64,000 nucleotides of DNA. Origin: Candidatus Multivorans sp. GTDB taxonomy: Bacteria; Acidobacteriota; Thermoanaerobaculia; Multivoradales; Multivoraceae. The position numbers were made by a program, and so were the translations under genes. The notes below the pieces were generated by a model. The model saw only the letters and a list, made by a program, of their open reading frames with translations. It did not search any database and was not told the origin of the DNA. The stretch covers positions 3,168,001-3,232,000 of the forward strand of contig OZ245033.1 in the NCBI GenBank assembly GCA_965224025.1. Reading direction: 5' to 3'. Shown here in pieces: positions 62,501 through 64,000 of the stretch; position 1 is the stretch's first letter; every line of letters begins with the position of its first letter.

Positions 62501-64000
62501 TCTTGTGGACGGGTGGACGGTCTCGGGGTATTTCCCAAACGGTGAGTACTATCTGGGCGTATCCTCAGAGACGAACGCGATCGGATACTATGCGCTGAGC
62601 GCGGCGAGAGATATCGAGGTGCAGCAGTACAGGTACGATAGTGCAATTGACGCCTACGACGTGGGGTGCGACTATCCGAAACCGTCGTTTGTTCACGACC
62701 CACTTTATCGTTGCCAGTGGTACCTGGGACGGGGGCATGCGTCAGATATCAAGGTTCTGGAAGCGTGGGCCAACGGTAATACGGGGAAGGGTATCGAGGT
62801 GAAGATCGTTGACAGTGGAATTGATGACGATCATGCTGATCTGAACATAGCACCGGGCAAGAGTTTCACCTGGATAGACACTCCAGAACCAAGTCAACGG
62901 TATGATGATGCATTTCCTGATGACCGCCAAGACGGACACGGCATGAATGTTGCCGGAATTGTCGCGGCGAAGGCCAACAACTTTGGAATACGAGGCGTTG
63001 CCTATGAAGCCGGTGTGTATGGCGTTGACTTTCTGGGTCATCAGCCTGACTCACGGCAGGCTGCCGACGCGAACCATGCAGACGCGATTGTTCGTCATAT
63101 GACTACTCTTGGCGTATCTAATCATAGCTACGGTCCACCGGACCGCGGTACTCTGGCAAGAAGTGCCAAAATCTGGAATATGGCCGTCGATACAGCCGTC
63201 AAGGAGGGTCTTGGCGGTCTCGGAGTCAGTCTGGTCGTTACGGGAGGGAATCACCCCTGGAGTCGATCTAATCCGAATTGGCGGGACGTAACCACATTTG
63301 GTGAACATCTTGGCCATATGGGAGTGATAGCTGTTTGCGGCGTAGGGAAAAATGGACTCAGAGCATATGAGCAAGGCATGAATCTCTGGGTGTGCGGTCC
63401 GTCGCTGGGACTCGATATCAGCGATGAGTTCCCGCTAGCGGTGCCCAGTGACGAGGGAATGTTCACGACGGATCTGTACGGTCGCTATGTGGCAGGGTTT
63501 AGCGGCACGTCGGCGGCTGCTCCGGTAGTAAGTGGCGTTGTGGCGCTGGTGCGCGGCGCTAGTCTTCAGCATGGGAGAGACTTGACGTGGAGGGATGCAA
63601 AGCTGGTTCTTGCGGAGTCTGCCAGGAAAATCAATCCAGACGATGACAGTTGGCAAGATGGAGGCCAGAAATATGGAGATCGATCTGAGCGCTACCAATA
63701 TAGTAGGAAGTTCGGCTTTGGTCTGGTGGATGCGGACAAGGCGACGCGGTTGGTGGCGAGCTGGAACAATGTACCGTCCTTGCTTAGAAACAGTGCCGTG
63801 GATCGACCCAATGTAGATGTCTCGGGGCGTGGGTCAATAGAAAGAGCACTTACTCTTGACTCCGATGATATCGAATTTGTCGAGCATGTTGAAATTCATG
63901 TCGATATGCATGCCGAAGACTTCAAAGACGTAGAGATTTGGATTGGGTCGCCGTCAAGTGTGTCGGAGGAGTTCCCTTCGGGATGGTCCGAACTTGTTCC
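56535..64000 (+). CDS. Giant cadherin/fibronectin-III repeat protein with kexin-like S8 protease and P-domain; in-frame TAG at 58041-58043; runs off the window end
   Basis: Signal peptide; cadherin motifs (DEN, YDHE, DVDEPP); FN3 (VRATNDEGDGPYS); the same frame after the TAG gives DPLYRCQW, IVDSGID, HGMNVAG and FSGTSAAAP; the ORF track shows no further stop in this frame. Confidence 0.88.
56669..56679 (+). repeat. G11 homopolymer in the 5' coding region
   Basis: acGGGGGGGGGGGta, currently in frame. Confidence 0.85.
60489..60975 (+). repeat. Tandem FN3-domain duplication inside the giant gene
   Basis: tctctcgatgt(c/t)agttgggt(c/t)gctccggcggatgctggcaagcctcc... repeated at 294-bp spacing. Confidence 0.85.

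Overview
GC-rich bacterial chromosome window; gene content (Uma2, DUF1640, TPR, PQQ dehydrogenase, cadherin/FN3 adhesin-protease) suggests a host-associated, possibly Acidobacteriota sponge-symbiont-like genome (inference). Most of it is housekeeping or catabolic: sdhB, trkA, four acyl-CoA dehydrogenases, a CoA ligase, a sulfur/siroheme cluster, rimO-ribF-trxA-peptidase and guaB. The strongest candidate for an undescribed system is a Type I R-M operon (16.3-20.8 kb). Its HsdS is fused at the C-terminus to an MNT nucleotidyltransferase (GSx10DxD) and is translationally coupled to a HEPN RNase (Rx4HxY) in the position PrrC occupies in EcoprrI, while HsdR has lost its motor. Other highlights: many internally deleted genes and short diverged copies of neighbouring genes; an inverted pair of ~200-bp hairpin elements with compensatory changes; a MoaD/ThiS-like domain fused to a phosphotransferase; a possible 6S-like RNA next to guaB; and a lower-GC giant cadherin/FN3/S8-protease gene with a G11 tract, one in-frame TAG and a separately encoded prodomain-like protein. 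No CRISPR array, tRNA or rRNA was seen. Product calls come from motif recognition, not database searches.
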